The notes: generated from the letters alone by a model not told the origin. A DNA stretch of 64,000 bases from Yuukianura sp. NJ FZ-2021 (GCA_046563655.1 CM102284.1:2356001-2420000), one strand, 5' to 3'; numbered from the stretch's first letter, positions 23,820 to 37,435 are shown. A program made the numbers and translations.

Positions 23820-24818
23820 TCAATTATTCATCACGTCAACCAGATGTCGAACAAACGTTGCTGGGTCTTCCAACTGTGGATAATGGCCGAGGCCAGGAAG
23901 GTCATGGCAAGAAGCGGAAGGTCTCAGTTGTTTCCAGGCTTCAAACTGAAGCTGTGCTGTTGCCACAGGGTCATCCATTCCCCACGCAAAGGCCAGCGGA
24001 ACTGACGATTCTCGTATAGCTCCATGTAGACGATCAGCTTTTGTCACGCGTTCAAACGTGTATGCAATAGTTTTGTGAAGAATGGTACTTCCGCTTTTGT
24101 AATTGAGCAGTGCCCATTGGTCATCCATATCCAACCAATCGCAATCCTGTGTGCGACGTGGCGTCACTGCTCGTGCAAATTGCCATCTTTTAACAAATGT
24201 TTTTAGTGTTATTTTTGATGTGCGACCACTGAGTTATTAAGGTTATTAACCTTTCACGTTTACTCCAACTTACTTGAAAATGGTTTTGGTTTGAAGAGCA
24301 GAAAATATGAATCCGAGTGGGGATCGAAGCAGGGTTTGTCCAAGGACGAGCGACGCTTTGTCCATAACCATGTTTCCATTGAAAAGTAAAACTCCCGCCA
24401 CGTCAATTCCCAAAGATTTGTCGTCGTATAACTGTCTTGCTAACATTTCGGCACAAACCGACGTGCCCATGTCATGTCCCACAAAAAATACCCTCCGCCC
24501 AGCCACATTGTGTCTTCGAATTAATTCCAAGGTCAAATCAGCATGACCTCCAAGTGTATATGCATGATCTCTTGGTTTGTCAGAGAGGCCGAATCCAAGG
24601 AAGTCAAAGGCCAGAACAGAGTGGGAGGTTAGTAGTGGGATGACCTTGACCCAGCCATAAGAACAAGTTGGAAATCCATGAAGAAATACCACAAGGGGGC
24701 CCTGACTTGAGTTTGGTTCCAGTGCTTCTCGGTAGTAAACGTGAACTTTGTACTCTTCGAACTGTTCGGTTTTCCCTAGCGAACGCCACGCCTCTGCTTT
24801 TGACGTCAACACACTCAT
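23820..24818 (-). CDS. MEST-like alpha/beta hydrolase (epoxide hydrolase fold), 2 exons (24274-24818, 23820-24186)
   Basis: LHGFPTCSYGW, DFLGFGLSDKP, nucleophile GHDMG, WGMDDPV and GHYPQLEDP motifs; the phase-2 GT-AG intron joins in frame. Confidence 0.88.
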
Positions 24819-26247
24819 GCTAAAATCACACCGTAGGATTTTATTTAGGTTTGTTGTATACTTTTTTGTTTTTGCGTAAAAGTTTTTGATAAATGCAATT
24901 AAATTTTATTTAATTTAAAACAGCTGACGTTCCTCTCTGAATTGAGAAATGTCGAATCCTTGTTGCGAAGTGCTTGAGGGGGTGATGAACTTGATTCTTA
25001 TGCAAAAAATGAAAACTTGAGATGCAATGGAATGGAATTGAACAATGTAGGAGTGCCGCAAGAAATGACAAATGGTTAGGTTAGGCTGGTACTTTCATTT
25101 CTTGCTTTTAAAAATTTTATGCTCAAAACTGCTGTCTGAAAAATAAAAAAAAATCTAGATGACAAAAATTGGGACCAAGTAAACGTTTTGTTTACATTTA
25201 ACCTTTATAAATTATAATACGAACAAATTTACAACTGATCGTGAGTCCTCTTCTTTAAGTTGCCGAAGTTTTTCTTTTTTTATTTTTACAAATACAGTAA
25301 AATGCTATAATTGAATGCATGACAGCTCGTGAAACTTTTTTTTTAAATTGAATACATGAGCCCTTACACTGTAGCCATTTGCGCTACACAGGGTACTAAA
25401 AGTGAGATTATGGTGAGCTGCACAAATTAATGAAGCTTGAACCTTGAACCATTGTTTTACTTATTTTATCTTATGATGTTTTGATTTTTAGAGTTTTCAA
25501 TTGATTTGGTTTAATTAGTCTTTTCCAGTATGCGACTATTAAGTGGAAAGAGCATCGGCTTGAGTTTTGAGCTTGACACTACGAAAACAGCACGAGACAA
25601 TCACAAAATAATAGCTTGGAAATAATTAAGTTAAATTAAAATTGAATAGTTAAAGTTTAATTCTATTTACATCTTTGTATGGTGCGTCGAATATTCCTTG
25701 AGTTTCTTTAGTGTTATAATAACACAAAAATTTCACTAAACTCATTTTATATTTGTAACTATAGTTATAGAATACTGATTTGAAGCTTAGCACAAGTTGA
25801 CAAAGCACTTACTACAATCATAATTACATAAACTACTTTTTTTCTAATCTTGTTTTTATGGTACATAACTTGTCAACATCTTTGATTTCGCCACGCATAC
25901 CGCATTTTATTTCCAAGTACCATGGAATTCGAGAGGTGCAAGCAGGCTTCAAAGTGGAACTAAAGATCGTAATTTGAAGCAGTTTAAATGGTTGGATGAA
26001 GGATGATGTGACGTATATGATTGCTTAAAAACTGTATTCACACGATTTTGTTTTCAAGGTCGCTTGTTAACCTAAGATTCGAGTTAAGCACTGTTGATTT
26101 GCATTTAAAAACCGGTGGTGTTTTACTTTCCTGATCAAATTGAATAACTCAGTTGGTTATTGTAAGTTTTTTTAACAAATTGGATAAAAACGAAAAATAT
26201 CCTTATAACATTATTTTTTTTTACTCAAGTTCAACAACTCTCCGACG

Positions 26248-26496
26248 ATGAAGGGGCTCATTGCACTTGCGTTGTTCGTGGCCATCATTGCAGTTGCTGA
26301 AGGAAGTTGGTGCCAATGTACCGGTTTCACAGGAGGAGCTTATATTCAACCATGTTGCTCAGAAATTGGTTACAACACAGTGGATGATTGGTGGAGCGGT
26401 ACGAACTGTGATGTTGGTGACAAAGGCAGTGAAATGGGGCCAAAGTTCAAAGAGTGCTGCACTCGAAAAGGTGCTCCTGGTGGTGGCTGCAGTTAA
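26248..26496 (+). CDS. Small secreted 8-cysteine peptide (82 aa)
   Basis: Signal peptide MKGLIALALFVAIIAVAEG; mature part has C-x-C...CC...C...CC...C; GC-richer than its flanks; probable 5'UTR intron ~26162-26229. Confidence 0.85.
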   Translation: MKGLIALALFVAIIAVAEGSWCQCTGFTGGAYIQPCCSEIGYNTVDDWWSGTNCDVGDKGSEMGPKFKECCTRKGAPGGGCS

Positions 26497-28061
26497 AAGA
26501 AAATGTGCTGAGCTCTGGAAACTGCCTGGAATCGAATTTTTCTGACCCAATGACTTCTTTTCCCTAAAAAAAATGTTTCTTCTTTGCGACTTAAATTATT
26601 AATTAACTTCAAAATTGGAAATTAAACTTATCATATTGTCAGTCTAACTATTTTTATGTTAGAGCACCTAACATTTTTCATTTTCAGTCTACTTCTTGTC
26701 CACCAGTCTTTCTCTTCAGTTTACTTCTCCAGCATGCAACTTCAGCCGAAGCAGCGTAGGCTTGTGTACGGAACGAAAAAAAAACGGGCAGTCGCAACTC
26801 GCAAGACCATAGTTCGGAAATAGTTTACATTCAAATTGAATACTTAAAGTTTAATTCCATTTACATGCGTTTTTACTCGTAGTTACTTTCCTCAAATTCA
26901 TATGTTAGCTACAATCACTTCCGGAATTCTAATGCGAAGCTTCTTAATTAAGTTCAGTTTCTTAACTGGTTTCTTAACAACGTTTGAACGAATGAATTTG
27001 TGTAGAGCAAACAATCGACATTCTTTTCCGGTCAATTAAAAATTTTAGTTTTACACTATTTATCGTAATTCTCGACACGCGTAATACACACCCTTTTTGT
27101 TTAACATTATTATTACACAGACGAAAGCAACGCCAACTTCGAAACAAGTCTTAGTCTTTAAATTTAGAAACCTATATTCATCGATTAAAACATTGTATTA
27201 CACGTAAAAGGAGGTTACTAGATTCACAAATTTTAAAGAGATAAATTGAGCAAATGTTTAAAAAAAATTCAATAAATGTTTTCTTTCCCATGTTTGGCAA
27301 AAATGTTTTATGTTTGACTTTAGATCAAGATAACGTCAGTAAAAAAACCCAAAAACTGGATACTTAAATAATAAATTGGATTTTTTTCAGTTGTGTTATT
27401 AAAACGAAGAAAAATCCATTCCAATTTCACGCGCTTTTCTCGGTTGCTTTAAAAACATCATTTCGACCGTTAATTAAAAACGAAATAAATTTAAACTAAC
27501 ATAGCATGCATTTTAGCGCAAATATACCTCGAATTTACGGATTTAGAAACTTGCCTACTAACTACTGTGAACAAATTTCTAATGAGTGTTTTTTCTATTA
27601 ATGTTTATTTGGTAATTAATAATTTTATGAGATTTTAAAACCTCGCGTTTGATTTATTTCGCCACGCCTATCGAAGTAATTAAAATTTCGAATCAATTAA
27701 TTTTCCTTTGAATTTGAATAGAAAAAAAAACTTTTTAGTTAAAACTGCTTCGTCATTTTCATCTTAACTTAGTATGTTGGTTATGCTTGAGTCTACTTGT
27801 AATAAAACTTGTAAATGGAGTCCCGAGGTGCACGATGCAGGAAGAGATTTTCTATTTTTGTTGATGTAGTTTGCTGGACAAAAAATTATTGTTTTTTCAT
27901 TGTTTCGTGACAGCCATAAATGGATCCAGGAATTCAAGTTACAACCTTAGTCACGACTCAATTGAAGTATAAAAGGAAACCTGAAATCTGAAATCAATTT
28001 CACAAAAACAAAAGCAACCACAAATTACTTTAAGTGAAGCGGGTCGTGCCATTTGTCGAAC

Positions 28062-28822
28062 ATGCTGATTTTTGCAAAGGTAATAAATAAAGAATTTATC
28101 TAAGAAATTTGAAATTCTGAGAAATTTTTCAAGTTTTTAAAGTAAATGCGACACAACGACACAACAGATTGAAAAACTTAATGATTTTTCTAAAAATGTT
28201 TTCTTTAATTCAATTTTAGCTATTGGTTCTGAGCGTGTGTGTGGGTTTGAACCTTGGCGCTGCAACCCAGTATGTCGTCACGGGATACTTGACGACCATT
28301 TACAAAGCTCCAGTTCCACTTATTACGCAGCCACAGCCACAAGTCGTAGTACAGCAACCGGCTCCCATTGCCCAAATCCCACTTCTGCAACCAACGCTCA
28401 TTCAACCAGTGCAACCTGCTGCTCCTATTCCAGTTCTCCAACAACCGTTACCACAGCAACCCATCGTTCCGTCTCAACCGTTGCCATCGCAACCAGTATC
28501 TCCGCCACAGCAGCCGCAGCAACCGTCATTTCCTCCACAGCAGCCGCAGCAACCCTCATTTCCTCCACAGCAACCTCAGCAACCCTCATTTCCTCCACAG
28601 CAACCTCAGCAACCCTCATTTCCTCCACAGCAACCCGCATTTCCTCCGCAGCAACCATCTCTAGTTGCCCAGCAACCACACCCTGCACCACCGCCCCCCG
28701 CACAGGTTGCTGCGGACCCCTCCGATACGGTTGAGGTCGAAAATCCAGAATTTCGTAGCTCAAACGGACCAAACCCACCAAATGCCCCGCCTTCAGCTTA
28801 CCCTGTTTACGCCAGGCAGTAA
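28062..28822 (+). CDS. Secreted Pro/Gln-rich repetitive protein, 2 exons (28062-28079, 28220-28822)
   Basis: ATG CTG ATT TTT GCA AAG|gtaata ... ttttag|CTA TTG gives the signal peptide MLIFAKLLVLSVCVGLNLG; PQQPQQPSFP repeats; TATA-like tataaaa near 27968. Confidence 0.8.
28500..28660 (+). repeat. Coding 30 bp tandem repeat (cctccacagcaacctcagcaaccctcattt), ~4-5 copies
   Basis: Directly visible; encodes PPQQPQQPSF. Confidence 0.9.
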
Positions 28823-29396
28823 CATTCACGACATTTGAGTCTAAAAATTTAGGTAAATGATTTTTAATAAAAACTTGAAAAAGGAGGTATAAAAGCTACT
28901 TCAAAGAAAATAAAAACTGTTTTTAAATTTCTTATCTGAACCTTGTTTTATTATTTTTGTAGTAATCCATGTCGATTTTGGTATTGATTTGGTGTGACTT
29001 TTGAAAACAACCGCTTGATCAACACTATTTTACGGCACATACGTTTTCTTTTGCAACTCCTGCAAACATAGTTCGCCAAATTGAGGCAAACTATACTTGA
29101 AGCCCCAAATAAGACAAGTAGTCTGCACAACATCATTTTAGATACATTTTCGTCGAATTCCTGTCCTGTCATTTTCTGTACAGCAAACTTTCTCCCTCCA
29201 TTTTTGGAAATTCGGAATCCTAATTACGATCAGTTTTACTTTCTCAGTTCTCAGTCTGTTGGAAATGTTCTCCACCAATTCAACTGAATACCATAACAGT
29301 TCTTAACATTTCTATTCTAGCAGTCTGACTACATAGTTTTTACCATTGACCTTTACCTTTTGCCTTGCCTTTATAGATTTTATTTGCTACAACAAA

Positions 29397-30965
29397 ATGT
29401 TATCCACAAGAGCCCTTTCGACTCTGAGTAAAATTTTGGGCATCCTGTGCAGGTCTAGATTTGTTCCATTTGATTGGAATTCAGAAAAAAGTCGCCTTGT
29501 AGTTACTCCGTTCAAAGCTTTAGCCCCATTTTGCATAGCGTCGCTCTACATGCTAATCAACACAGCCTATGTCTTTCTGGCGTTTGTTTGGCGCCTTCAA
29601 GCTCCTACTTTCCAGGTTCATTTTAGTTAATGAAATTAATGTTACTAAAAGTGTTTAAACGTGAACTTTTTTTTTATTGAGCTCCCAACTTTTATGATGT
29701 AATGCCTACCTTTATTTGTAGGTAGACGTTGAGATTGTTCTGCATACAATGTACCTTGGAACGTATATAATGGTCACGATAATAAACATTTCTATGTATA
29801 CAAGGCGGTTTGTATTGGCTGACGTAACCAACCAGATCAAAACGACATCACTTTTTGTACAAGGTACACACAACCTTAAAAAAATAGCAGGAATAAATTA
29901 GATAAAATAGTAGAAAGTGTTCTTCGCCAGGCCTCGAACGATGGCATATTCAATTGAAGTTCTCGTCTCTGACCGGTGCTCTACTAAATTTCTAACAAAA
30001 ACATTTCATTTGGGGTTTTTCTTAAATTTGCATTTTTTCATAACGTTTTTTAAAATTTCAGAACTATTCACTGCGCAACTCTCTAACGTACATATGGACG
30101 AAAGACAAAATTCAAGATGCGAAAAAATGTTGGAGTTTGCTTATTCCCTGCTCTTCATCCAGCCTATTATCGGATTGATTTTATTTCTAGAACACCCTCA
30201 GGACCCACGCTACATGGCGTCGTTCCTGATACGTAGCATGGCTCACTGGTCATTTCCTGTTAAAATATTGGTGGTTGCACTGTCGTTAGCACTGGCCTTG
30301 TTTGACTACGTCTACTCATGCGTCCTCATGGTCTTCAACGCGGTCATCATCACCGGCCTCGCCTACCTTATGCTCCACTGCTTACAAAAAATGCTGCAAG
30401 TTCTCTCTTAAGCAAAGCAAAATATTGAATTATCTTTTTCTTTAAATAATTCTTAAACTTTAGATTTCAAACAAAGCGAATGGGTTTACTCGACGACGAC
30501 TTTGCTCAAAAGAAGTCTTTGCGTACAACGTGTTTTGTATACCGAATGCTGCAAGTATACTCTCAAATGACAAACAATTACTTCTCTCACGTCTTAGTAC
30601 CCGTCGGAGTGGTTTTCCTGCTTCTAATAATAATTATTTCCAACTATGTTTGCGTCAAATTCTACAGAAAAATCCCATTATCCGTCTTCGTGTGCTTCCC
30701 AATGTGTTCCCTCGTTGCTACAGTCATAATCGTCGTCATGATTCCAGTTGCTGCAAATATTCACGCAAAGTCCGTCGCTCTGATTGCAGTAATTCGAATC
30801 GCAACTCTTCGAATTCCACACCGCATGACAACGCACGAAATCCTGTCATGCGCACCTCTCAAGGCTAAATTCAACATTTTCTTTTTCTTTCAGCGTGTCA
30901 CGATAATCACTGTAGTCACCTTTATTTTTCGGTACACCGTCAAAGCTACACTCATTTTTAAATAA
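29397..30965 (+). CDS. Divergent 7TM chemoreceptor-like (GR/OR superfamily) protein, ~4 exons
   Basis: Several hydrophobic helices; N-terminal PFDWN...RLV; YRMLQVYSQMTN and C-terminal SCAPLK...F...T..T.....YT motifs typical of GR-like receptors. Confidence 0.65.
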
Positions 30966-31632
30966 ACCGGGTGTAAACCGGGTGTACATAAGTAGCGAGA
31001 GGAGTCCACTCCTGGAACCTGTAGAGTACAGTGGAGAACAAATAAAAAGCTAGATAAATATAATAAACTTTGACCCGAAAAAAGGACACTTATGATGTAC
31101 ATAAAGCTAATTAATTGTTCCCAAAAAAAAAAACAATAATTCAGTCATTTGTGAAAATATTTATTACTCGCAAAAAAAAACTACATTTGCTTCATCGTTA
31201 CAAGTCGAAGTCAGTAATACTTTTAGCTTTTATTAAGCAACCTCCTTTCCTTCATATCGTGGAGAAAAAAATTCCGTTTCGTATTTATTTCATATTCGCA
31301 GCTGGCATTTGACATTTACAAGTTACAACATAATGTGTCATAATGCGGAGATAGATTTGGCAAAAAAAACTCACTATAGTACTCACATGTTTTCGGCACA
31401 GTTCATATTTGAACTAAAGAAGCGTAGTAATCAAAGCACATATTAAGACAAATTCACATGCATAACTGAAAGTCCAACCTGCAAAATTTTCTCCACCACT
31501 GAATTTTCTATTCATTTTTAACCAAAGCTGACTAATAATACGCAAGTCGGTAAAAACAATTACAAAAACTTCAAACACTGTAGGTTTGAAAACTAATACT
31601 GACTGAGTAGAATTTCTATTACGCAGTACAAA

Positions 31633-34130
31633 ATGAAAGGCGGACCGTTTCGAATAGTTGTTTTCAAAAATGGAACTGAACACAACGGGACAATGATTCG
31701 AGTTGAGTCAGATTCAATGAAAGTTCTGTTGACGCAAATTCGAACATTTTCTGAAACTCAAAAATGGAAAGGATCCGAGTCTCGGCGACTTTTTTCACTT
31801 TACGGGACGGAAATTTTGAAAGTGGATCAATTGCGGTATTATAAAAGTTTACTAAGATTTCAAAATTTATGAATCCTTGATTATTCTATTCACCTTTAAA
31901 ATATAGCGATGGAGATGTGGTATACGTTTCTGGAGGCGAAGGTTTCCTTCAACCAGGAAACAGAAGAGGAGATTCGGATCAGGAACTTGTCAAATTGCAT
32001 TTCTGTGATCAAATTTTGTATGGTTCAAAAGAAACACTCAAAACAAAATTTCCAGAGTCAGTCAATTTCAAATTTTGGAAAAACAATTCAATACAAACTG
32101 TGACTCACAGTTTGAATTTTGGCTCAGACGTTGATGTATTCCATCCATCTCACAAGTAATTAACTTAAGTTGACAAAATATTTAAATATGTAAATCGGAG
32201 ATTTTAGTTCTCACCAAGTTTTTTTGTTATTTTTCAGAACAGAGGAAAAAGTAAACCTATGCTCGGATTCCTTAAAAAGCGACGCTCTAAATCGACTTCC
32301 CATAGAAGTGAGTTTCAACTGTCGTAAAATTACTAATATCAAAAAAATATTCAAACTACAGTACTTCTGACGTAAATTTACGAAAAATAAGTAAGGGAAA
32401 AATTGATTAATACAACAAATTTTATTGGTAGATGCTGGAAAATATCTTCCAGAACATTAGCACTGAAGATGCATTGCAAAGCCGGTTAGTGTGTCACCGG
32501 TGGCATGAAATTTTGACCCCGCTATGTCGTAGTCGCCACATTGCACTGCGCAGGATTAGCTGTGAACACTCAGAACAAAATTATGTTCTGCGTCTTTTTG
32601 AAAAATCAAGAACAATTCCATGGTCTTCTACAGAAATTGATGACTCTCGTGGTACTACTATGTTCCAAAAAAATCTTTTACAACTCTTTGGTTCTGATTT
32701 GCTCAAACTCAAGGTCTCGGGGTCATTTGACCTCATTCTACAAACTCTACGCATGACTCCCAACATTACTCATTTGAAAATTGCATTTGGTAAAGACGTG
32801 CTTGCGCAACCTGTACAAAAGTTCAAAAATTTTCACCACCTTCCGCTGGCTTTGCCAAATTTGCAACAATTGGAGATCGAACTCATCGAAGACTCAGTTG
32901 TGGATTTTGTAGACTTCCTATTGAGCAATTCAAATTTCCCGGCACTGAAATTCTTCAAAACGAAGTTGAACTTGAGCACAGAAGAAGCTGGAACAAAAGC
33001 TGGAAAATTGTTCGCCAAAATTCAAAAATTGGCGCTTGAAATTCAGTTTGCACCACCTACGGCGTTTGGTGTCAAAGGTTTCACGTCTTCAGTTTCAAAC
33101 TTAAAGGCTAAAGAGCTCCAATTACATTTAGAGGAACCGCCTGCTGGAAACCCGCATCAGTTAGTTCCCGTCGAACGACTTCTGCACTCATGCGCGGAAA
33201 CACTTGAAACCCTTAACATTAACTGCACCTCAGATGTTTTCTGTGGTCTCTCTCAAATCAACTTCAAAATTCCAGAACTCCCGAAAGTCAAATCTTTACA
33301 ATTTACGTACATTTACCACGGAATGGAGTATATGCATACTGTATTCTTGGCAAATTTTTTCGGAAATCTGACAACAAGTCATTTTCCAGTTTTGAAAAAA
33401 GTTTCGATTCAAGAATCCTGTCATATTAGGCGTTTTGGCCTTTCCGGAGCCATTTTCAGCACATGCAAAGGCGTGACCTTTGCTACCGTAGAAGAACTAA
33501 ATGTCAACGTTGGAAGCCTTCCGGAAGATTGCTGGAACCGGATATTTCCAAACATTCGCAAACTGGTTGCTGCCGTTTGTGAAAGCGATTTGACCAGAAT
33601 TCTTAAGAATCTCAAAAATTTGACTCACTTGTCACTGGAAATTGACAATTCGTCATTGGGAAACAACGTAGATTGGATATTGTCGGGAATTCCAAATCCT
33701 GAATTGATCTACGCGTTGATCTCTCCAGGTCAAAGGCTGACTGTTAACCAAGTACAAAATTTCAAACGGGAATCCTCAAATACAAGCCCATCTCTCGACT
33801 GTTTAACAGGTACTGAAAAAGTCAATTCAAAAATATATTATTTAAAAAACATTATTTTAAAAATATTATTTTAAAAAACTTGTTAGGGCTGAAGATTCTA
33901 GATTTGAAATTTAGTTGGGCTGCACTCACTGATGCTGGCGCGTATTTGGCTTTCATGACGTTGAAACCGCTTCAAAAGTTTTCATTATCAAATACCAAGG
34001 TAGGAATTACTAATTTTCGTAAGTTCTAATAATTAGTTCAGAGAAGCTGAATTTTGGTCCTACTACGTAGATTTCAGATGAATGTGAAGAAGTTCTCAGA
34101 TCAAGACATCCAACTTTTCAACGCTCCTAA
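31633..34130 (+). CDS. F-box/LRR protein with an N-terminal KHA/doublecortin-like ubiquitin-fold domain, 6 exons
   Basis: Exons approx. 31633-31835, 31908-32155, 32238-32307, 32432-33809, 33888-33999, 34071-34130 splice in frame. F-box LNRLPIE|MLENIFQNIS...SRLVCHRW; LRR-like LPNLQQLEI, FPALKFF, LKNLTHLSL; N-terminal RIVVFKNG...RRLFSLYG.EI...QLRDGDVVYVSGGEGF. Confidence 0.78.
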
Positions 34131-34282
34131 CGCCAATTTTGATACAAGTCAATACAACGTCAATAATTTGGAGCCGTGCAATTTCAGATTTCAAACGTTA
34201 ACATTTGAGTTGGTTTTTAGAAAATGTAAAATTGGAGGTAATCTGTGCAAAAAGGGATAAAAATAACAGTTGCGATTCAAAT

Positions 34283-37200
34283 TCAAAAATTTAACGGCGA
34301 CCCCATATCTGGAGTTTTTATTTCAAAAAGAATGATTTCTCCGTTTCCCACCGCAGTGTTTATAGAGTTCCTCCCAAAAACGTACACGTTGCTGAAACCG
34401 ATCGGTCACCCTCGGAAACTCTTCCAGAGTAAACCAATTGACTTTGTTCGCAATCCCTTCGGTTTTTGAAAGTGGGTTCCATTTTGGTGCATTCTTAAAC
34501 GGGACACTTGGAACTCTATATAAAACGAGTAGAAGATTTGCACATTTGAACGAAAAAAAAAAGTGCCGAATAACACTTGCAAATTCTACTCACTGTTTAG
34601 CAGTGTAAAGTTTTTATAATTTTGTATTCACCCTGTTTTCACAAATCCTGCAACGATTTGTACCATTTTCTTTGAAAATTCAATGTCCTTTGGATTCGTC
34701 AGTACTGGCACGGTAGTTACATTATCGAGACGCTGTCCAGTTGGCTCAAATATGTAAACGAGGTCATCAGAATGTGTGACGTATTCTACCAAAATTAGAA
34801 ACACATTTTAAAAAAAATCAACACAATTGGAGCACAAGTAAAGCAAAACAAGAATAAAACTTTTAAAGATCTTTCAATTAATTTTTTTTTTGAAATTGAT
34901 ACTGTGCCTTACTTTCAGTTCCCCCAAAAACGCCAAAGACATTGGCTGAGCTAAAGTCAGAAATAGGACGACTTAAGAGTCCAGCATAGACTTGCGTATG
35001 CGCACTCAACAGTTGAGCAGTTTTTGTTATTCCTGGTGTAAACCAACCATCGGTGTAAAGTTTAGTCAAACTTGGTTCACTCGCTCTGGTCAGCTCTTGA
35101 TTTTTAAAATAAAATTTGAATATTTTTTCCGAAAATTTTCTTGAATTCCGACAATTTTGGAATCTTGAGTCTCGTCCATAAGCAAAAGTTACGGGCGCCA
35201 ATTCGTCAAAGTTTTCTGCAATGGCTCTCAGTATTTCTTCATTTCTGGCTATAACTATAACCGACAAAATAGAAACGCTGCATTTCCATGCATAAAGTTG
35301 TGTAATTTTGGCTTACCAGCAGCACCATAGAAACCATCGTTTCTGACTAGTGTCAAAAGAACTGGAACCTTTGGGAAATCTCCGCGACGTAAAATATGCA
35401 GTGGATTCCGATTTAGGAGTGGATTTCGATTTCCCGCACTTTTGACTTCCAATGATGGAGTCATAGGTTGAGGATCCAGAAAATCTAATCGCTGAAAATA
35501 TTCAAGTTTATATTTTAAACGAACAACGACTAACAGCTAAACCGAAAAGTGCGATGCATTTTTAGCTGTAAGTGAAACGTTGGGAGAGAAAAAATTGAAA
35601 ACTTTTTCGAGAATTTTAATTATGATTTCTTAAGTTTTAATTACGATTCCTTATTTCATGAAAAGTGTGAACAACTAGGTTACCATCGGAAACATAACAT
35701 GCAAAGAAGAATTGACATAATGCGTCTACCTAGGATAATTCAGGGCATATCCTATTGTAGAGTAACCAGAAATTGTGCAATTCCAGTAGAATTTACAGCC
35801 AAATTACCGATATAAGTTTATGGTATTACCGGATTAAAACTTTTTCGTCTTTGCGCTGGAAGTAAAGTATTCAGAGGCTCTGTTCGTAAGCGCTTCGATG
35901 TACGGCACTTAAGGCGCTCATAAATTTCCTTAACCTCTGGGCCTGTGTTTTGCGTATACGCCCATGCGTCAAGAGGTGTTCCGGACATTGACAAAACTCC
36001 ATTAAAGAGACCTGCCCAAATGGTTTCTTTAAACTTTCTCATTATTTTGAAATTTAATTTTGGAAATACCTTTTGAATTGGGCGATAACAGTAAAAACAA
36101 TGCAGAGGCACCTCCGGCTGATTGGCCAGCAACAGTAACTCCATTCGGATCCCCGCCAAAAAATTCTGAAATTCAAAAATATTATTGTTTAGAAGAGATG
36201 TTTTATAGAGAAACGGAATGTTTATGTTTGGAGGAACGCTTGTGGGAAGACTTTTTTAATATTCCACTTTAACGTTACTTAACACTTTATTTAGCAAGTT
36301 ACAGGCCATTTACAAACGAAACTGAATACATTAAGGAAGGGGCGGAGCCTTGAAGTATTTTAATTTGAACCAAAAAAGTGATCATTGCAATGCGCTAAAG
36401 ACTTCAGGAAATAACGTTTTCAAAAAAATATACCGATATTGTTGTGAACCCATTTAAGTGCAAGTAATTGATCTTTTAATCCCATGTTTCCGCTTGAAAC
36501 GCCATCACGTGTATTCAGGAAACCTAAAAACAACGACATGAAAATTAAATTCACACGTTCGTATGGAGAAGTTTTTTTTTAAATTTTTGTCTAAACTATA
36601 AAGTTTTGAAAAAAATTGGTATTACCCAATATTCCCAAACGATAATTCAAAGTGACGAGCACAGTGTCCTCGTCTACCAAATACCCTCCTCCGTATTCCA
36701 AAGGCGAACCCAGGAAAAATCCACCTCCGTGAATAAAAACTAAAACGCCACGTTTCTTATTATCCGCCTACAACAACAAAAACTCATTTCACAACTTCAA
36801 ATTCCATTTTTTCATGATTCTTTGAAAAACGGTCGAAAAACAAAAAAAAAGTCTTTTCCAACAGTATATAAAATTGTTTAAAAAAGTTTTGTCTTACTTT
36901 TGGGGTAAACACATTCAGAAACAAGCAATCTTCCACTCCAATAACAGGAAAAGAAAAAGTTGATTCCTGAGCACATGAGGATCCAAACTCGGTAGCATCT
37001 TTGAACTCATACCAACTTCCTGTTGGAACGGATTCCTAAATTAAAACTTAATTTTATATTAAATTAAAATATATATTAAAAGTTAATGTACATATATTAT
37101 TCTTAAATTTTAAAATGATAAACTTAATTTAATTGAATTGACTTTGATTTACAGTTCTTGAACCCATTTGATTGTAGTTTGCATACTCATACTATAAATA

Positions 37201-37435
37201 TTATTTATAGTTAATTAATTTGCTTGAACATTACATCAAACCGTTGCAGGACTTCGCCATACTTTACTCCTAGAAAAGATTCGTACTGAATTCCATTTCG
37301 TGATAACTTGTAGTTCCCTCTAAAAATTCCCTGCAGTGCTTGTACTATTGGGTGTTTGTGGTAAGCAGAGCACGATTGGCCAAGTATTAACAAAGTAAGA
37401 CTAAATAAAACGATGAACCGCACAGAGAAAGTCAT
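34283..37435 (-). CDS. Secreted carboxylesterase (type B, JHE/beta-esterase-like), multi-exon
   Basis: Signal peptide, YESFLGVKYG, EDCLFLNVFTP, FIHGGGF, nucleophile GQSAG, SMSGT and HSDDLVYIF motifs. Confidence 0.9.

Noticed and set aside
26248-26496. Hydrophobin or defensin assignment
   Set aside because: The cysteine order C-C-CC-C-CC-C differs from hydrophobin C-CC-C-C-CC-C and from CSab defensins.
28237-28829. Thr/Ala-rich and Val/Ala/Glu-rich ORFs overlapping the PQ gene
   Set aside because: Alternative-frame and antisense by-products of the 30 bp repeat; only the PQ frame has a signal peptide and a spliced ATG exon.
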